Counted from the stretch's first letter, positions 24,783-36,019 are shown. The stretch: DNA of 64,000 nucleotides from Prevotella sp. (GCA_017459445.1 JAFUDJ010000021.1:19363-83362); one strand, 5' to 3'. Made by a program: numbers and translations. Notes: generated by a model from the letters alone, not told the origin.

Positions 24783-27272
24783 ATGAAATATCTAAGACCA
24801 CTATCTTTGCTGCTGCTCCTGCTGCTGACGCTGACGGCCAATGCCCAGAGCCGCAACAAGAAACTGACCATACAAGTGACATCCTTGCCCGGCGACAACC
24901 TGAACGGACAGCGAATCACGCTGACCCAGACGGACTTTCAGGTGAGCTACGGCAGCCTGACGCTCGCTGCCGACGGCACATGCAGCCTGAAGGCATACCC
25001 CGGCAACCACAACCTGAGCGTGGAGCGCGAGGGATTCAACAGCTTGTCGTACGACTTCACCATCGGTGAGGACGAGGCGGAGAAGCTGGTCGCCGTGACA
25101 CTCACCGAAAAAACACGCACACCCTTCGCCCTGACCGCCAAGGTGCAGCACAACGTCTACGACGGCACCAACAGCATCGACCTGTCGTGGAACACGGAGG
25201 CGCCCGCCTTCTTCGACGACTTCGAGGACTATGAGCCCTTCGCCGTGCAGTTCGGCGAGTGGACGGGCATCGACGCCGACATGGAGGCTGCCGCACCACT
25301 CGTCGGAGCCTATCCCAACCGGGGCGCCATGCAGTACGCACAAATCATCAACCCGCTGAAGGTGGAACCCACCTGGTGGTACGACTATCCCATCCTGCGG
25401 CCCTACGCCGGCCAGCAGTATGTCGGCTTCACCCGTACCAGCTCGGGCAATGCCAATGACGACTGGCTCATTTCGCCCGTCGTCACCGTAGGCACCGACA
25501 ACGTGCTGCAGTTCATGGGCAAGGCCGCCGACCGCTACCCCGAGCGCTTCATGGTCTACGTAACCACCGTGCTGGAACAGCCTGTGCAGTCGGATTTTGT
25601 CCGACTGGACGCCGGCAACTACGAGACCGCCGACTACAAGGGCTGGCAGCAGTTCAGCTATGACCTGTCGGCCTATGCCGGACAGCCCATTCGCTTTGCC
25701 ATCCGCTACATCAGCGAGTATAACCGCTACGGTTCCTTCATGCTCATGGTCGACGATGTCTATGTCGGCCAGCAGCAGGCATACTCCTATGCCCGCGCCC
25801 TGGCCAAGGCCCGCCGGGCCGCCAAGTCGCCTGCCAATCCCAACGAGCAGTTCCGCGTTTACTTCGACGGCGAGGTGAAGGGCGTCACCGATGCCTACCA
25901 CTTTACGCTGCACGATGTGGCGGCGGGCAGTCACACCATCGGCATACAGTCCGTGTACCTGCAGGCAGAGAGCGAGCTTGCCACCGTCGGGGTGGAAGTA
26001 CCGGGCGAGGACTTTGCCCACGTCACCTTTGCCGTGACCGCCGATAGCCGGCTGACGGCCGACGGCTTGCAGCTCTCCATCACCAGCGTCGCTACCACCG
26101 ACACCTACGAGGCTACTGTTGCCGACGGTCGCGCCGACTTCCTGTCGCTGCCCTTCGGCGACTATGTGGTGAACATTGCCGAAAGCGCCTTCGACGAGTA
26201 CCAGCAGACCGTCACCGTTGACGGCGACGCCACCTTCTCCATCCAACTTGCCGACCATGTCATCGCTCCCTATAACATCACCGCAACGGCCGACGACGAG
26301 GGTGTCTACACCCTTCGCTGGAACCAGGAGCTGGGCTTCACCGACAGTTTCGAGGAGTACGACGACTTTGCCACCGGCTCCTTTGGCGGCTGGAAGACGG
26401 TCGACATGGACCAGCAGCCCGTCTATCCCATTGCTTTAGGCAGCGCGACGAACATTATCAGCTTCCCGGGCTCAGGCACGGCAGGACAGCCGACGGCCAT
26501 TGCCCCCATGGTGTTCAATCCGTGGCATACCACGCCGGCCATGCTGCCCACCGATGTAGCCATCAAGGCGCCTACCGGCGACAAGACCGTCATCTTCTTC
26601 TCGGCCCAGCAGGCCCGCAACGACAAGTGGCTCATCTCGCCGCTGTTCGACATCCACGAGGGCTATGCCCTCACCGTGACCGCCAAGGGCTACGAAGCCA
26701 TGTATCCTGAGACGATGGAGTTCTGCGTGTCCGACGGCGGCGACCAGCCCGCCGACTTTACGGCGCTCAGCCAGGTCGACCCCGTGAGTGCCGGCGAGTG
26801 GACTATCTACCAGACCGACCTCAGCGGCTATGCCGGACAGAGCGTCCGTCTGGCCTTACACTACACATCCTACGATGCCTTCCTGGCACAGATTGACGAC
26901 TTCACCGTAGGTCCGGCTGACGGACAGGGCGAGACCGTCGACTACGGCAACATCGTCCGTTTCGACATCACCCTCGACGGCCAGAAGCTCGGCGAGTCGG
27001 CACAGCCTGTCTTTACCTTGCCTAAGCTCTCGGCGGGGCGTCATGTGGTGGGCATCCAGGCCGTCTATCTCCACGCCCAGTCAGAGGTGACTGAATATAT
27101 CCTCGATGTCACCACCGGCATCAGCACCCTGCTGAAGGATGGCGGCGAGTGGGCAGGGAAGCAGGCCGTCTACAGCCTCTCCGGCCAGTATATCGGCACG
27201 GACAGCACCCGTCTGCCTGCAGGCATCTACTTGTTGAAACAAAATGGTAAAACCCTCAAAGTCAGAAAGTAA
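24783..27272 (+). CDS. secreted protein with two choice-of-anchor J (cleaved adhesin) domains, T9SS CTD
   Basis: DDFEDY..WTGIDAD..NDDWLISP..YDLSAYAGQPIRFAIR occurs twice; C-terminal VYSLSGQ...LPAGIYLLK. Confidence 0.82.
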   Translation: MKYLRPLSLLLLLLLTLTANAQSRNKKLTIQVTSLPGDNLNGQRITLTQTDFQVSYGSLTLAADGTCSLKAYPGNHNLSVEREGFNSLSYDFTIGEDEAEKLVAVTLTEKTRTPFALTAKVQHNVYDGTNSIDLSWNTEAPAFFDDFEDYEPFAVQFGEWTGIDADMEAAAPLVGAYPNRGAMQYAQIINPLKVEPTWWYDYPILRPYAGQQYVGFTRTSSGNANDDWLISPVVTVGTDNVLQFMGKAADRYPERFMVYVTTVLEQPVQSDFVRLDAGNYETADYKGWQQFSYDLSAYAGQPIRFAIRYISEYNRYGSFMLMVDDVYVGQQQAYSYARALAKARRAAKSPANPNEQFRVYFDGEVKGVTDAYHFTLHDVAAGSHTIGIQSVYLQAESELATVGVEVPGEDFAHVTFAVTADSRLTADGLQLSITSVATTDTYEATVADGRADFLSLPFGDYVVNIAESAFDEYQQTVTVDGDATFSIQLADHVIAPYNITATADDEGVYTLRWNQELGFTDSFEEYDDFATGSFGGWKTVDMDQQPVYPIALGSATNIISFPGSGTAGQPTAIAPMVFNPWHTTPAMLPTDVAIKAPTGDKTVIFFSAQQARNDKWLISPLFDIHEGYALTVTAKGYEAMYPETMEFCVSDGGDQPADFTALSQVDPVSAGEWTIYQTDLSGYAGQSVRLALHYTSYDAFLAQIDDFTVGPADGQGETVDYGNIVRFDITLDGQKLGESAQPVFTLPKLSAGRHVVGIQAVYLHAQSEVTEYILDVTTGISTLLKDGGEWAGKQAVYSLSGQYIGTDSTRLPAGIYLLKQNGKTLKVRK

Positions 27273-27275
27273 TCC

Positions 27276-29084
27276 ATGAAACTACGACATCTTATGACCC
27301 TCTTCATGGCGTGCCTGCTCTGCGCAGCCGTCCATGCCCAGAGTCTCGGCGACAACCAGCGCCCTGTCGGCTACACCGTTACCGACGACATTGACATCAA
27401 TGGAGCCGCTTTCGGCACTGCCGGAACCTATACCATCGGGGCTGTCATGACCTCTGACATGCTGGCCCCCTATACCGGTTGCCGCATACTGGGCATCCGT
27501 GTGGCGGCCGCCATGGCCTTGGGTCGCGCGCGTACCTTTATATATAATATCGAGGACGGCGGCATGACGGCACTGGCCGAGCAGAAGCAGCGCCTCTACG
27601 AAGGCTGGAACAACATCTTCTTCAACGGCAACGGCATCGACATCGTAGGCACCGAGAACCTCTTCTTCGGCTTCGACTACACGGAAACCGACGAGATGGT
27701 GGCTGCCGAACAAGGCGGCATCTGCAGCGTCGGCGACGACGTTGACGGCGCTTTCTATCTGTGGCAGTCGGGACAGTTCTATCAGATTTCCAGCGTCGGC
27801 AAGCTCTGCGTGCAGCTCATCGTCGATGTCAGCTCGCTGCCGCTCTATAACCTCAGCCTGACAACGTTCGACGCGGGGTTCAAATACAAGCAGCCCGGCG
27901 AGACGGTTGACGCTTATCTCGCATTTGCCAACATCGGGCGTGCCGCCCTTGCCAGCTATCAGCTGGGCTATCAGATAGATGACGAAGAACCCGTGTACAC
28001 CACCTTCGACGAGCTCTTGCCGCAAGGAGCCTCCAGCGAATGGCAGTTCAGCGTACCCCTGCCTGCCGACATCACCGTAGGCTCCCACCAGCTGAAGGCT
28101 TTTGCCGTTGTTCCCGGCGACGCTTCGCCAGCCACCCCCTGCGACGAGACGGCGGTCACCTTTGGCGTCTACAGCCAGAGCGTCCCCCGCAATCAGGTCT
28201 ACATGGAGGTCTATACCGACCAGTACTCCCCCTACGTTCCCTTCTTGAACGAGGCGCTGGCCAAGCTGCGTAGCGAGAACCCGCAGCTGGCCATAGCCAA
28301 TGTCCACCGGCCGGGCACCCCGCTGGCCATCGACGGAGCAGCCTATCTGCACGAGTTGTATGCCTACACATACCCCACGTTCACCAGCAACCGCTCCTAC
28401 TTCCCCGGCGAGGCATACATAGCCTACGACATGAACGACTACCTGCCGGTCATCGGGGCTGACATGACGGCAAGCATCATCGGCGACATCATGCAGCAAG
28501 ACCTCTACAACCCCTCCTTCGGCACCATCGCCCTGAAGGCGGGCTACGACGAGGCTACCCGGCAGCTGACGGTAGAGGCTGACGGCACCCTGCTGCCCGA
28601 GGCTACTGCCATCTACGGCGACGTGGCCCTCACCCTGCTTCTCACCGAGGACGGCGTGAAGAGTCAGCAGGCGGTATACAATGCCGTCACGCAACGCACC
28701 ACCGTCAATTCCAACTATGTACACAACCAGGTGCTGCGCACCTATATGACTGCACCTACCGGCGACGTCATCACTCCCTCGGGCGACGGCAGCTATACCT
28801 TCAGCCGGACCATCACCCTCGAGAGCGGATGGCAGGTCGGCAAGATGACTGTTATCGCCCTGCTCACCAAGGCTGCCGACAGCGTGACCGACGACAATGT
28901 GCTCGACGTGGATGTCAGCAACTGCGCCAGCCTGCCCCTGTCCTCTGCAACGGGCATCATCGCCGTTACCGCAGACACCGCCTCGTCGGCTGACGCATGG
29001 TACAATTTGAATGGACAGCGCGTCACACCCAACGGCAAGGGACTGTACATCCACAAGGGTAAAAAGGTCGTCATACGGCAGTAA
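27276..29084 (+). CDS. Omp28-related outer membrane protein, T9SS CTD
   Basis: VYMEVYT, YPT...NR, LLTEDGV..Q and YVHNQVLR; C-terminal WYNLNGQRV...KGLYIHKGKKV. Confidence 0.8.
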   Translation: MKLRHLMTLFMACLLCAAVHAQSLGDNQRPVGYTVTDDIDINGAAFGTAGTYTIGAVMTSDMLAPYTGCRILGIRVAAAMALGRARTFIYNIEDGGMTALAEQKQRLYEGWNNIFFNGNGIDIVGTENLFFGFDYTETDEMVAAEQGGICSVGDDVDGAFYLWQSGQFYQISSVGKLCVQLIVDVSSLPLYNLSLTTFDAGFKYKQPGETVDAYLAFANIGRAALASYQLGYQIDDEEPVYTTFDELLPQGASSEWQFSVPLPADITVGSHQLKAFAVVPGDASPATPCDETAVTFGVYSQSVPRNQVYMEVYTDQYSPYVPFLNEALAKLRSENPQLAIANVHRPGTPLAIDGAAYLHELYAYTYPTFTSNRSYFPGEAYIAYDMNDYLPVIGADMTASIIGDIMQQDLYNPSFGTIALKAGYDEATRQLTVEADGTLLPEATAIYGDVALTLLLTEDGVKSQQAVYNAVTQRTTVNSNYVHNQVLRTYMTAPTGDVITPSGDGSYTFSRTITLESGWQVGKMTVIALLTKAADSVTDDNVLDVDVSNCASLPLSSATGIIAVTADTASSADAWYNLNGQRVTPNGKGLYIHKGKKVVIRQ

Positions 29085-29307
29085 AAGCCTTCTTGCACAT
29101 TGAAAGTGTTTTCAACAAAAAGAAAAAAATATGTTATATTTGTGCCAAAATTAAAAAAAATGTGTAACTTTGCACCGTCCCGTCAGGGTGCGCGGGGGGA
29201 TACATCGCCCGTGTATCCTGATGGGGGTAGTATCATAACTATTAAAATTAAAGCTTATGAGAAAAGTGAAACTATTTCTTTTAATGCTCTAAGAACTCAA
29301 ATATTAC

Positions 29308-29631
29308 ATGAATAATTTACTGTTGACAGACATCAAGGCCGGACTCCCAGGCATTACACCCGTTGAGGGGGCCAATCTTTATGAGAACTGCGTCGTGGAG
29401 TTGCATCGATGTGGGCATTCCGAGCAAGTGATACTCTCGCTGACAGGCATCACGACAGATACCTGCAAGCTGATATGGGAAGATGCTTTCAACGAACAAC
29501 TTGACAGGACTTATGCAGACGAGCAGAGTGTGACCGAGCGTTCTGCCGTATGTATTAGCGTTCTGCTTGCTCTGTCACTGACTTCAATATCAAGGAGACC
29601 ATACAATGAAAGATATCAAGAAACTTCATAA
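29308..29631 (+). pseudogene. probably 3'-truncated hypothetical gene (first of a two-gene cassette)
   Basis: Starts as a plausible protein (GLPGITP...QLDRTYADEQSVTER.A..I) and then runs into the start of the next gene. Truncation is inferred. Confidence 0.45.
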
Positions 29632-30067
29632 CGAGGCCATGGACCTGGCGCTGCAAGGCGACGTAGCGGCAGGCAAAGGGCTGCACGAGGAGAGCATTCA
29701 ACTATACCACACCGCTTTCGAGAAAGAGCGCGAAGCTGCTCTGTTAGCTGATTTCATGCAGAATCCCGAGCCAGGGCTTTCCATCCTGTTTCGCAGTGCG
29801 GCCAGCTTGGCCGTGCAGTGTGGCCTTGACAGAGAGGCCGAGCAACTGGTGGCAAAAGCCCTGAGTGGCAATCCGACACCCGAAATAGCCAGTGAGTTAA
29901 GGGAAATGCTACAAGACATCTATACCCATGCTGAACTGTCAGATGACACCGCCGTTTATCAGTTAGAGATTCCCGACAAGGAGCGTACCCGTTTCGAGTC
30001 CATACTGCAGCAGTTCGGCTTGTCTCCGGCCAACATGCGCCGGGTCATTGGCCGCGTAGCCTTATAG
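29606..30067 (+). CDS. hypothetical helical (TPR-like) protein
   Basis: aaggag upstream; LHNEAMDLA...AFEKEREAA...SILFRSAASLA...ALSGNP.PEIA.EL. Confidence 0.7.
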   Translation: MKDIKKLHNEAMDLALQGDVAAGKGLHEESIQLYHTAFEKEREAALLADFMQNPEPGLSILFRSAASLAVQCGLDREAEQLVAKALSGNPTPEIASELREMLQDIYTHAELSDDTAVYQLEIPDKERTRFESILQQFGLSPANMRRVIGRVAL

Positions 30068-30127
30068 TAGCATAGATATCATTTATTTACAATTCACATA
30101 TATTATTAACAATTAAAATTAAAGCTT

Positions 30128-33100
30128 ATGAGAAAAGTGAAACTATTTCTTTTAATGCTCGTCGCACTGCTCGCAGGGGCAACTCCCTCTTGGGCAGACA
30201 CGTGGACGGTGGCTGGTAGCTCATCCCAAGTGCTGGGCTCTGCCTGGGATCCCGAGGAGACAAGCAACGACATGACGCAGGTGGACGGCACCACGCTGTG
30301 GTACCTGACGAAGCAGTCGGTGGCTCTCACTGCTGGCGATGCTGGCGACATTTACTTCAAGGTCTGCAAAGACCACAGCTGGGAAACGGCCTATCCCAAT
30401 GATAACCACACCCTGACGGTGGATGCCGACGGCACGTATGACGTGACGTTCTGGTACAACTCCGCCGACAATGCTGTCTATGCCACTTACGTCTATAGCA
30501 TCATGGGTAACCTCTGGGACAACTGGGCAACGGACAAGGACATGGTGCAGGACAGCGAGAATCCCTTCGTCTATACCCTGACCATCGACGAGTTTGCAGC
30601 TGAGGCCAACAAGACCTACGAGTACAAGCTGCACGCCAACCACGCCTGGGCTGACTATCAGATTCCCAGCGGCAGCGGCAACAACAACTCGTGGACTCCC
30701 ACCGAGGCAGGCAACTACACGCTGGTCTTCACGGCCAACGTCACAACACACACGCTGGAGCTGACCGCCACAAAGATTGAGGAACCTGCTGCTGGCTACA
30801 TCTGCGACTTCAACACGGCCATCAGTACCAGCGACCATGCTTTCCAGGTGGCTTCCAACTGGCGTCATATTGTTGACACCTACGAAGACTACTGGTCTGG
30901 AAATGATACTTATGCCAGCTACAGTTATTCCGAGACAGCTGGTGTTGATGGTACTGGTGCATTGTCTTGCAGCACTAACCAGAATAGCAACAGTATCTAC
31001 GACCTTCTGGTGACGCCAGTGGTGAAGGGTACGGTTACCATTGATGCGAAGGCTACTGCATCGTATTGGACCCCGCAGCTGTCATTCTACAAGATTACCG
31101 ACAACGGCGATGGCACCTACACTCGTGGCGACCAGATTACCGTCGATGTCTCGGCCATCAATTCATCAGACTACACCACTATTACGATTCCTGTCGACGA
31201 GGCTGGTGAGCGTATCGGTATCCGTAGCTCATACGTATGGCTCGACAACTTCACAGCTACTGAGGCTACTATTGTTCCTGAGGCAAAGTTGACCATTGCT
31301 TCCGCAGAACCCTCTGCTACTACTGGCACTATCAAATGGGAACAGCAGGCTAACGGCAAGGTACTGGTGAGCTATACCGTCACTGTGACCAACACGGGTG
31401 AGGTAGACCTGACCCAGGGCGATGATGGCTTCAGCGTGTCTATCATCAACGGCAGCACGGGCGATGTGTATGCCACTGTAGCCGTTCCTCAGGATCTGGC
31501 AGTCGGTGAGACTTCCGATGAGTTTGTCGTTTCTGCTGAGGTAGAGACCTCTCTCTGGCCCAACAGCTACACCTATATCAGCATGAACCTGAAAGAGAAT
31601 ATCTATGGTTCTGTCGTCACACGTGCCCAGTCTACATACGTAGCCTACGAACCCAAATTAGTGTTCCGTGCCGCTGAGAGCACCAGCACCAGCAGCATTA
31701 CCACAGCACAGGCATGGGGTACTATCACTGAGTCGAAGACCGAGAGCTTCGAGATTGCCAACACGGGTACGGCTCCGCTGACTATCAAGAGCATCACACT
31801 GCCCGATGGCTTCACCTCCGACAATGCTCCCACGGCTGAGTTCACGCTGGCCAAGGGCGAGACTCAAGCCCTGAATATCACACAGGATGCCACCGCTCAA
31901 GGCACATTTGCAGGCAACCTTGCCATTGTATATCTTGACAAGGATGCCGCAGAGCAGACCTATACGCTTGCTTTCTCGGCTACCGTTATCGGTGAGAACA
32001 CTTGGACGGCTGACTTCAATGGCAGCACCTCTTCGGGTGTCACCTATCCCGCTGGTGCTGTTGCTGAGGCTGGTATCTCTACTGATTATCAATACATCTC
32101 GTCTGGTAACTACAACATCTGGCTGACGGGACGCAACACCAGTGGCTATGACACAGCAAACAACAAGTTCATTACGCCGAAGCTGCACGCCAACGCTGGA
32201 GACCAGCTTGCCTTCGACGTAAAGGCTGGCTATAACTCTTCCGATGCCTACTTTGTGAAGGTCTACGTTTCTACCGACCGCGTAAACTGGGGCGAGCCTG
32301 TCGAGACCTACGTGTACAGCACTGTGGGAAGCAGCTTTACCACGAAGACTATCAGCTTCGATACTACTGGTGACTACTATGTGGCATTTGCCCTTTATGG
32401 TACAGGTTCTGGTATCGACAACCTCGTTGGCCTGGAGAAGGTTGATGTGGCTCACGACCTCTACATCAAGGAGGTGACATGGCCTGATGCTTCTATCAAG
32501 ACAGGCACTTCTCAGTCAAGCAAACCTAAAGTTACTGTTATTCCTCTCACAACGGAGGCTGCTGACGCTTATACTGTGAAGTATATCAGCGGCGAGACCG
32601 TGCTTGCAACGGTTGATTCCAAGGCTCTGACCGCCAGTGCTTCTTCTACAACTGAATTTGCCTTTACATGGACTCCGAATGTAGAGAGCACTACTGTTTA
32701 TCCTGCAACAAAGGTGGTATTCGAGTTCACCGATGGCACGAAGTTTGAAACTGAAACCTTCGACCTCACCGTGACCAACGAGCCTATCTTCCACTTCGTG
32801 AAGGACATGCCTTCAAGCAAGTGGACAGAGCCTTCTGACGTCAGCACACCGATTGCCTTCGGCAAGACCAACACTGCCGATGCACAGAGCTTCTACGTGT
32901 ATAACTGGGGTTCCGCTCCTCTCACCGTGAAGAGCATTGCCGTTCCCGCTGGCTTCACCGTTACTCCTGCCGAGCAGTTCGCTGTGGCTGCTTTCGACGA
33001 GAACGATATGAGCGTGGCTGCACAGGCTGTTGAGATTACTTTCTCGGCTACTGAGGCAGGTACTTACAGCGGCAACCTTGTTATCACTTACGTTAACGGT

Positions 33101-35671
33101 GCAGGTGAGGATGCCACATTCGAGTTGGCTCTGAGCGGCACGATGCTTGACCCGACGAAGTTCTATGCTAACTTCGGTGGCGAGAGCAACCAGTGGCCTG
33201 CCGGTTCTGTTTATCAGAGCAACGTCAGCACTACCTACGTAGCTACTGGCGACTACGCCATCACTTCTTCCAGCGCAACCAACAACCTCTTCGTTACTCC
33301 GAAGCTGACTGCTGCTGCCGGCGACAAGCTGCTCTTCGACGCTAAGCTCTACAGCACAAGTTGGAGCGAGGGCAAGGTGGTGGTCTATGCCGCCGCTACG
33401 CGCGACGAGGTGCTGAACGCCGAGGAGGGTACCACCCGCCAGCAGCTGTTCAGTGTCAGCGGACAGGATGCCGAGAACACCATGACTACCGACTTCCAGA
33501 CCTTCGAGGTCACGGTTCCCTCCGGCGAGTGGTATCTGGGCTTCGAGATTAGTGGCCGTCCCTACGTCGACGAGATTTACGGCCTGGCTGTTGCCAACGT
33601 TGAGCACGATTGGACGATTGCTTCCAGCAACATTCCTACCAAGGCTATGCAGAACGTGGCTGCTACAGCTACCGTCAATGTCCAGAACCTCGGTCTGACC
33701 GAAGAGGCTGCCGACAGCTACACGGCTACACTGTACGTTAATGATGAGGCTGCTGCTACTGCTGAGGCTGTTGCTCTGCCTATGATTCACAAACTCAGCG
33801 ATGCCGGTACACAACTCTCGTTCAGTTTCCTGACGTCGAAGGTTGGTACATTCCCCGTCTATGTTGAGCTGAAGGCTGGCGACTACAGTGTCACTACCGA
33901 GCCTGTTGACGTAACATTCGCTGAGGAGGTATTTGTGAACGATGCTATTGAGATTGGTTCTGGTACAACAACATCTTACACCTATGCTCCTATCGACTTC
34001 TACAATTTCGAACAGGCTAAAACTTCCGATATTGTGTATACTGCTGAACAATTAACTAAGTATGGTCTGAAGAATGGTGATAAGATTTCCACTCTTGCTT
34101 TCAAGGGTACGCTATCTTCAGCCAAGACAATGTCTAACAGTTCACTGCGAGCTTGGGTTGGTCTTAAGACTGGTGATATTACCTATGGTAGTCCCGACAA
34201 GAGTGCTATGACAGAGGTTACTGTTTACAATGCTGGTGATATGGTATTCGTAGCTGGAACCAACATGGTGACAATCAACCTTCCTGAGAATATCACATAC
34301 GACGGTACCTCCGACCTCCGTATCTATCTTGAGGGTGGTGGCAATAGCGAATACGTAAGTTTGTATTTTGCTTACGACACTAACTACTCTAACATGAAGT
34401 GGAGCAACGCTACTTCTATGAAGTACAATCCTCTGCTCTATGTTACCTTAGACACCGCACCTGCCACACTCGCTGGTAATGTTAAGACCTCTGCTAACGA
34501 GGCTATTGAGGGCGCAACTATTACGCTGAAGGCCGACAATGGTGTTGAGTACTCTGGTACTACCGCTGCCGACGGCTCTTACAGCTTCAACGTCATTCAG
34601 GCTGGTCTCGACTTCACCGCTACCGTGGAGGCTGAGGGCTTCCTGAAGAAGGAGTTCGCTCTTAACTTGGGTGGTGCAAGTGCCACTCAGGATGTGACGC
34701 TCTACAAGAGATACGGCATCGTTGGCGGATTCCCTGGCTTCGACTGGAATAATGACAAGGTGATGACCCAGAGCACCGACGACCCGAACATCTTCACGCT
34801 CGTTGTTGAGGATGTTGAACTTGATGCAACGAAGTATGAGTACAAACTGCGTGCTGATGGTATCTGGAAGGCTGAAGACAACGACGGTTACCAACTGCCA
34901 GACGAAGGAAACAACGACTGGACATTCAACCTTGCCGGTAAGTACACGCTGAAGTTTACTGCCAATGTTTCTGAGCACACGCTGACCCTTGAGCCTTCGT
35001 TCAAGCTGGAAGATAATACCACCAACATTGCAGCTGCTAATCTGGGTGGCGTGACCATCACCTCTGGCCGTCAGTTCAAGGAAGGTTGGAATGCCATTTA
35101 CCTGCCTGTCTATGTCAGCGCAGAGGAAGTGACCGCTATCTTTGGCGAGAACGCCGAGATTGCTTACTATGCTGGCGATGAGACCGATGCCTCTGGCAAT
35201 GTCACCGTGAAGTTTGGTAAGAGAACTGAAGGCAGCATTGAGGCTGGCGTTCCTTATCTGCTGTGGAGCGAGAAAGCCGTGGATGGTCTGGAGCTTACCG
35301 GTCGTGAGATTGTGGCTGACCAGTGGCCTATCAATGGTACCACCTTCGACTTCGTGGGTGTCTACACAGAGACTACCAACAACGCAGGTGACTACATCGT
35401 GCAGGGTGGCGAGTTCCGTCAGGCCGACGCCAGCAACTCCGTGCTGCCGTTCCGTGCTTACCTGAAGCTGAAGGAAGGTACGACTCCCGCTCGCAGCCTG
35501 AACTTCGTGGTTGTCGAGGATGGTGGCTCTACTACGGGCATCGACGCTGCTGAGATTAGCGGCTTGGAGACGGTAGAGGGCATCTACAACCTCAACGGTC
35601 AGAAGGTGGAGACGCTGAAGCGTGGCGGCCTGTACATCATCAACGGTAAGAAGGTGGTGTTCAGAAAGTGA
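30128..35671 (+). CDS. 1847-aa multidomain secreted protein (SusE/F- or X25-like carbohydrate-binding modules, Ig-like domains, T9SS CTD)
   Basis: Signal peptide; repeated G..W.....M.Q....P..YTL...YEYKL modules; NTGTAPLTIKSI motifs; C-terminal IYNLNGQKV...GLYIINGKKV. Confidence 0.8.
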   Translation: MRKVKLFLLMLVALLAGATPSWADTWTVAGSSSQVLGSAWDPEETSNDMTQVDGTTLWYLTKQSVALTAGDAGDIYFKVCKDHSWETAYPNDNHTLTVDADGTYDVTFWYNSADNAVYATYVYSIMGNLWDNWATDKDMVQDSENPFVYTLTIDEFAAEANKTYEYKLHANHAWADYQIPSGSGNNNSWTPTEAGNYTLVFTANVTTHTLELTATKIEEPAAGYICDFNTAISTSDHAFQVASNWRHIVDTYEDYWSGNDTYASYSYSETAGVDGTGALSCSTNQNSNSIYDLLVTPVVKGTVTIDAKATASYWTPQLSFYKITDNGDGTYTRGDQITVDVSAINSSDYTTITIPVDEAGERIGIRSSYVWLDNFTATEATIVPEAKLTIASAEPSATTGTIKWEQQANGKVLVSYTVTVTNTGEVDLTQGDDGFSVSIINGSTGDVYATVAVPQDLAVGETSDEFVVSAEVETSLWPNSYTYISMNLKENIYGSVVTRAQSTYVAYEPKLVFRAAESTSTSSITTAQAWGTITESKTESFEIANTGTAPLTIKSITLPDGFTSDNAPTAEFTLAKGETQALNITQDATAQGTFAGNLAIVYLDKDAAEQTYTLAFSATVIGENTWTADFNGSTSSGVTYPAGAVAEAGISTDYQYISSGNYNIWLTGRNTSGYDTANNKFITPKLHANAGDQLAFDVKAGYNSSDAYFVKVYVSTDRVNWGEPVETYVYSTVGSSFTTKTISFDTTGDYYVAFALYGTGSGIDNLVGLEKVDVAHDLYIKEVTWPDASIKTGTSQSSKPKVTVIPLTTEAADAYTVKYISGETVLATVDSKALTASASSTTEFAFTWTPNVESTTVYPATKVVFEFTDGTKFETETFDLTVTNEPIFHFVKDMPSSKWTEPSDVSTPIAFGKTNTADAQSFYVYNWGSAPLTVKSIAVPAGFTVTPAEQFAVAAFDENDMSVAAQAVEITFSATEAGTYSGNLVITYVNGAGEDATFELALSGTMLDPTKFYANFGGESNQWPAGSVYQSNVSTTYVATGDYAITSSSATNNLFVTPKLTAAAGDKLLFDAKLYSTSWSEGKVVVYAAATRDEVLNAEEGTTRQQLFSVSGQDAENTMTTDFQTFEVTVPSGEWYLGFEISGRPYVDEIYGLAVANVEHDWTIASSNIPTKAMQNVAATATVNVQNLGLTEEAADSYTATLYVNDEAAATAEAVALPMIHKLSDAGTQLSFSFLTSKVGTFPVYVELKAGDYSVTTEPVDVTFAEEVFVNDAIEIGSGTTTSYTYAPIDFYNFEQAKTSDIVYTAEQLTKYGLKNGDKISTLAFKGTLSSAKTMSNSSLRAWVGLKTGDITYGSPDKSAMTEVTVYNAGDMVFVAGTNMVTINLPENITYDGTSDLRIYLEGGGNSEYVSLYFAYDTNYSNMKWSNATSMKYNPLLYVTLDTAPATLAGNVKTSANEAIEGATITLKADNGVEYSGTTAADGSYSFNVIQAGLDFTATVEAEGFLKKEFALNLGGASATQDVTLYKRYGIVGGFPGFDWNNDKVMTQSTDDPNIFTLVVEDVELDATKYEYKLRADGIWKAEDNDGYQLPDEGNNDWTFNLAGKYTLKFTANVSEHTLTLEPSFKLEDNTTNIAAANLGGVTITSGRQFKEGWNAIYLPVYVSAEEVTAIFGENAEIAYYAGDETDASGNVTVKFGKRTEGSIEAGVPYLLWSEKAVDGLELTGREIVADQWPINGTTFDFVGVYTETTNNAGDYIVQGGEFRQADASNSVLPFRAYLKLKEGTTPARSLNFVVVEDGGSTTGIDAAEISGLETVEGIYNLNGQKVETLKRGGLYIINGKKVVFRK

Positions 35672-35754
35672 TAGTTGATTCGTTATACTCTCCCTCCGCC
35701 CTCCCGGAAGGGCGGGGGAGAGCATGACTAAAGTAGAATTTAAATATTTTGACT

Positions 35755-35958
35755 ATGAAGAAGAACTATATTTCACCCGACATGCAGCTCTATCAGTTAG
35801 AGACGCAACCGTTGATGAGCAGTTCCATTACTGAAGTTCAAGGCGACGGTTTGACGCATGGAATCGGTGTGGGCGGTAAAGCCGAGGGTGGCAGAAGTGA
35901 TGCCCGCCGTGTGTACGACGACTGGGAAGAAGAAGAGGACCTCGAAGAGGAATTCTAA
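35755..35958 (+). CDS. 67-aa MKKxYxxP peptide with an acidic tail
   Basis: MKKNYISPDMQLYQLETQPLMSSS...DARRVYDDWEEEEDLEEEF. Confidence 0.75.
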   Translation: MKKNYISPDMQLYQLETQPLMSSSITEVQGDGLTHGIGVGGKAEGGRSDARRVYDDWEEEEDLEEEF

Positions 35959-35985
35959 GAAGCGTCCAATAGTTTACAAAAAGAA

Positions 35986-36019
35986 CATTCCCTGCAACAT
36001 TCAGACGTTGCAGGGAATG
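35986..36019. terminator. bidirectional terminator
   Basis: cattccctgcaac-attcagac-gttgcagggaatg, with an A-run before and a T-run after, between convergent genes. Confidence 0.8.

Larger units (their letters stand above)
29241..30160 (+). repeat. 49-bp direct repeat (29241-29289 and 30112-30160) duplicating the translation start of the 30128 gene
   Basis: attaaaattaaagcttatgagaaaagtgaaactatttcttttaatgctc is identical in both places; the first copy is followed by TAA. Confidence 0.95.
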
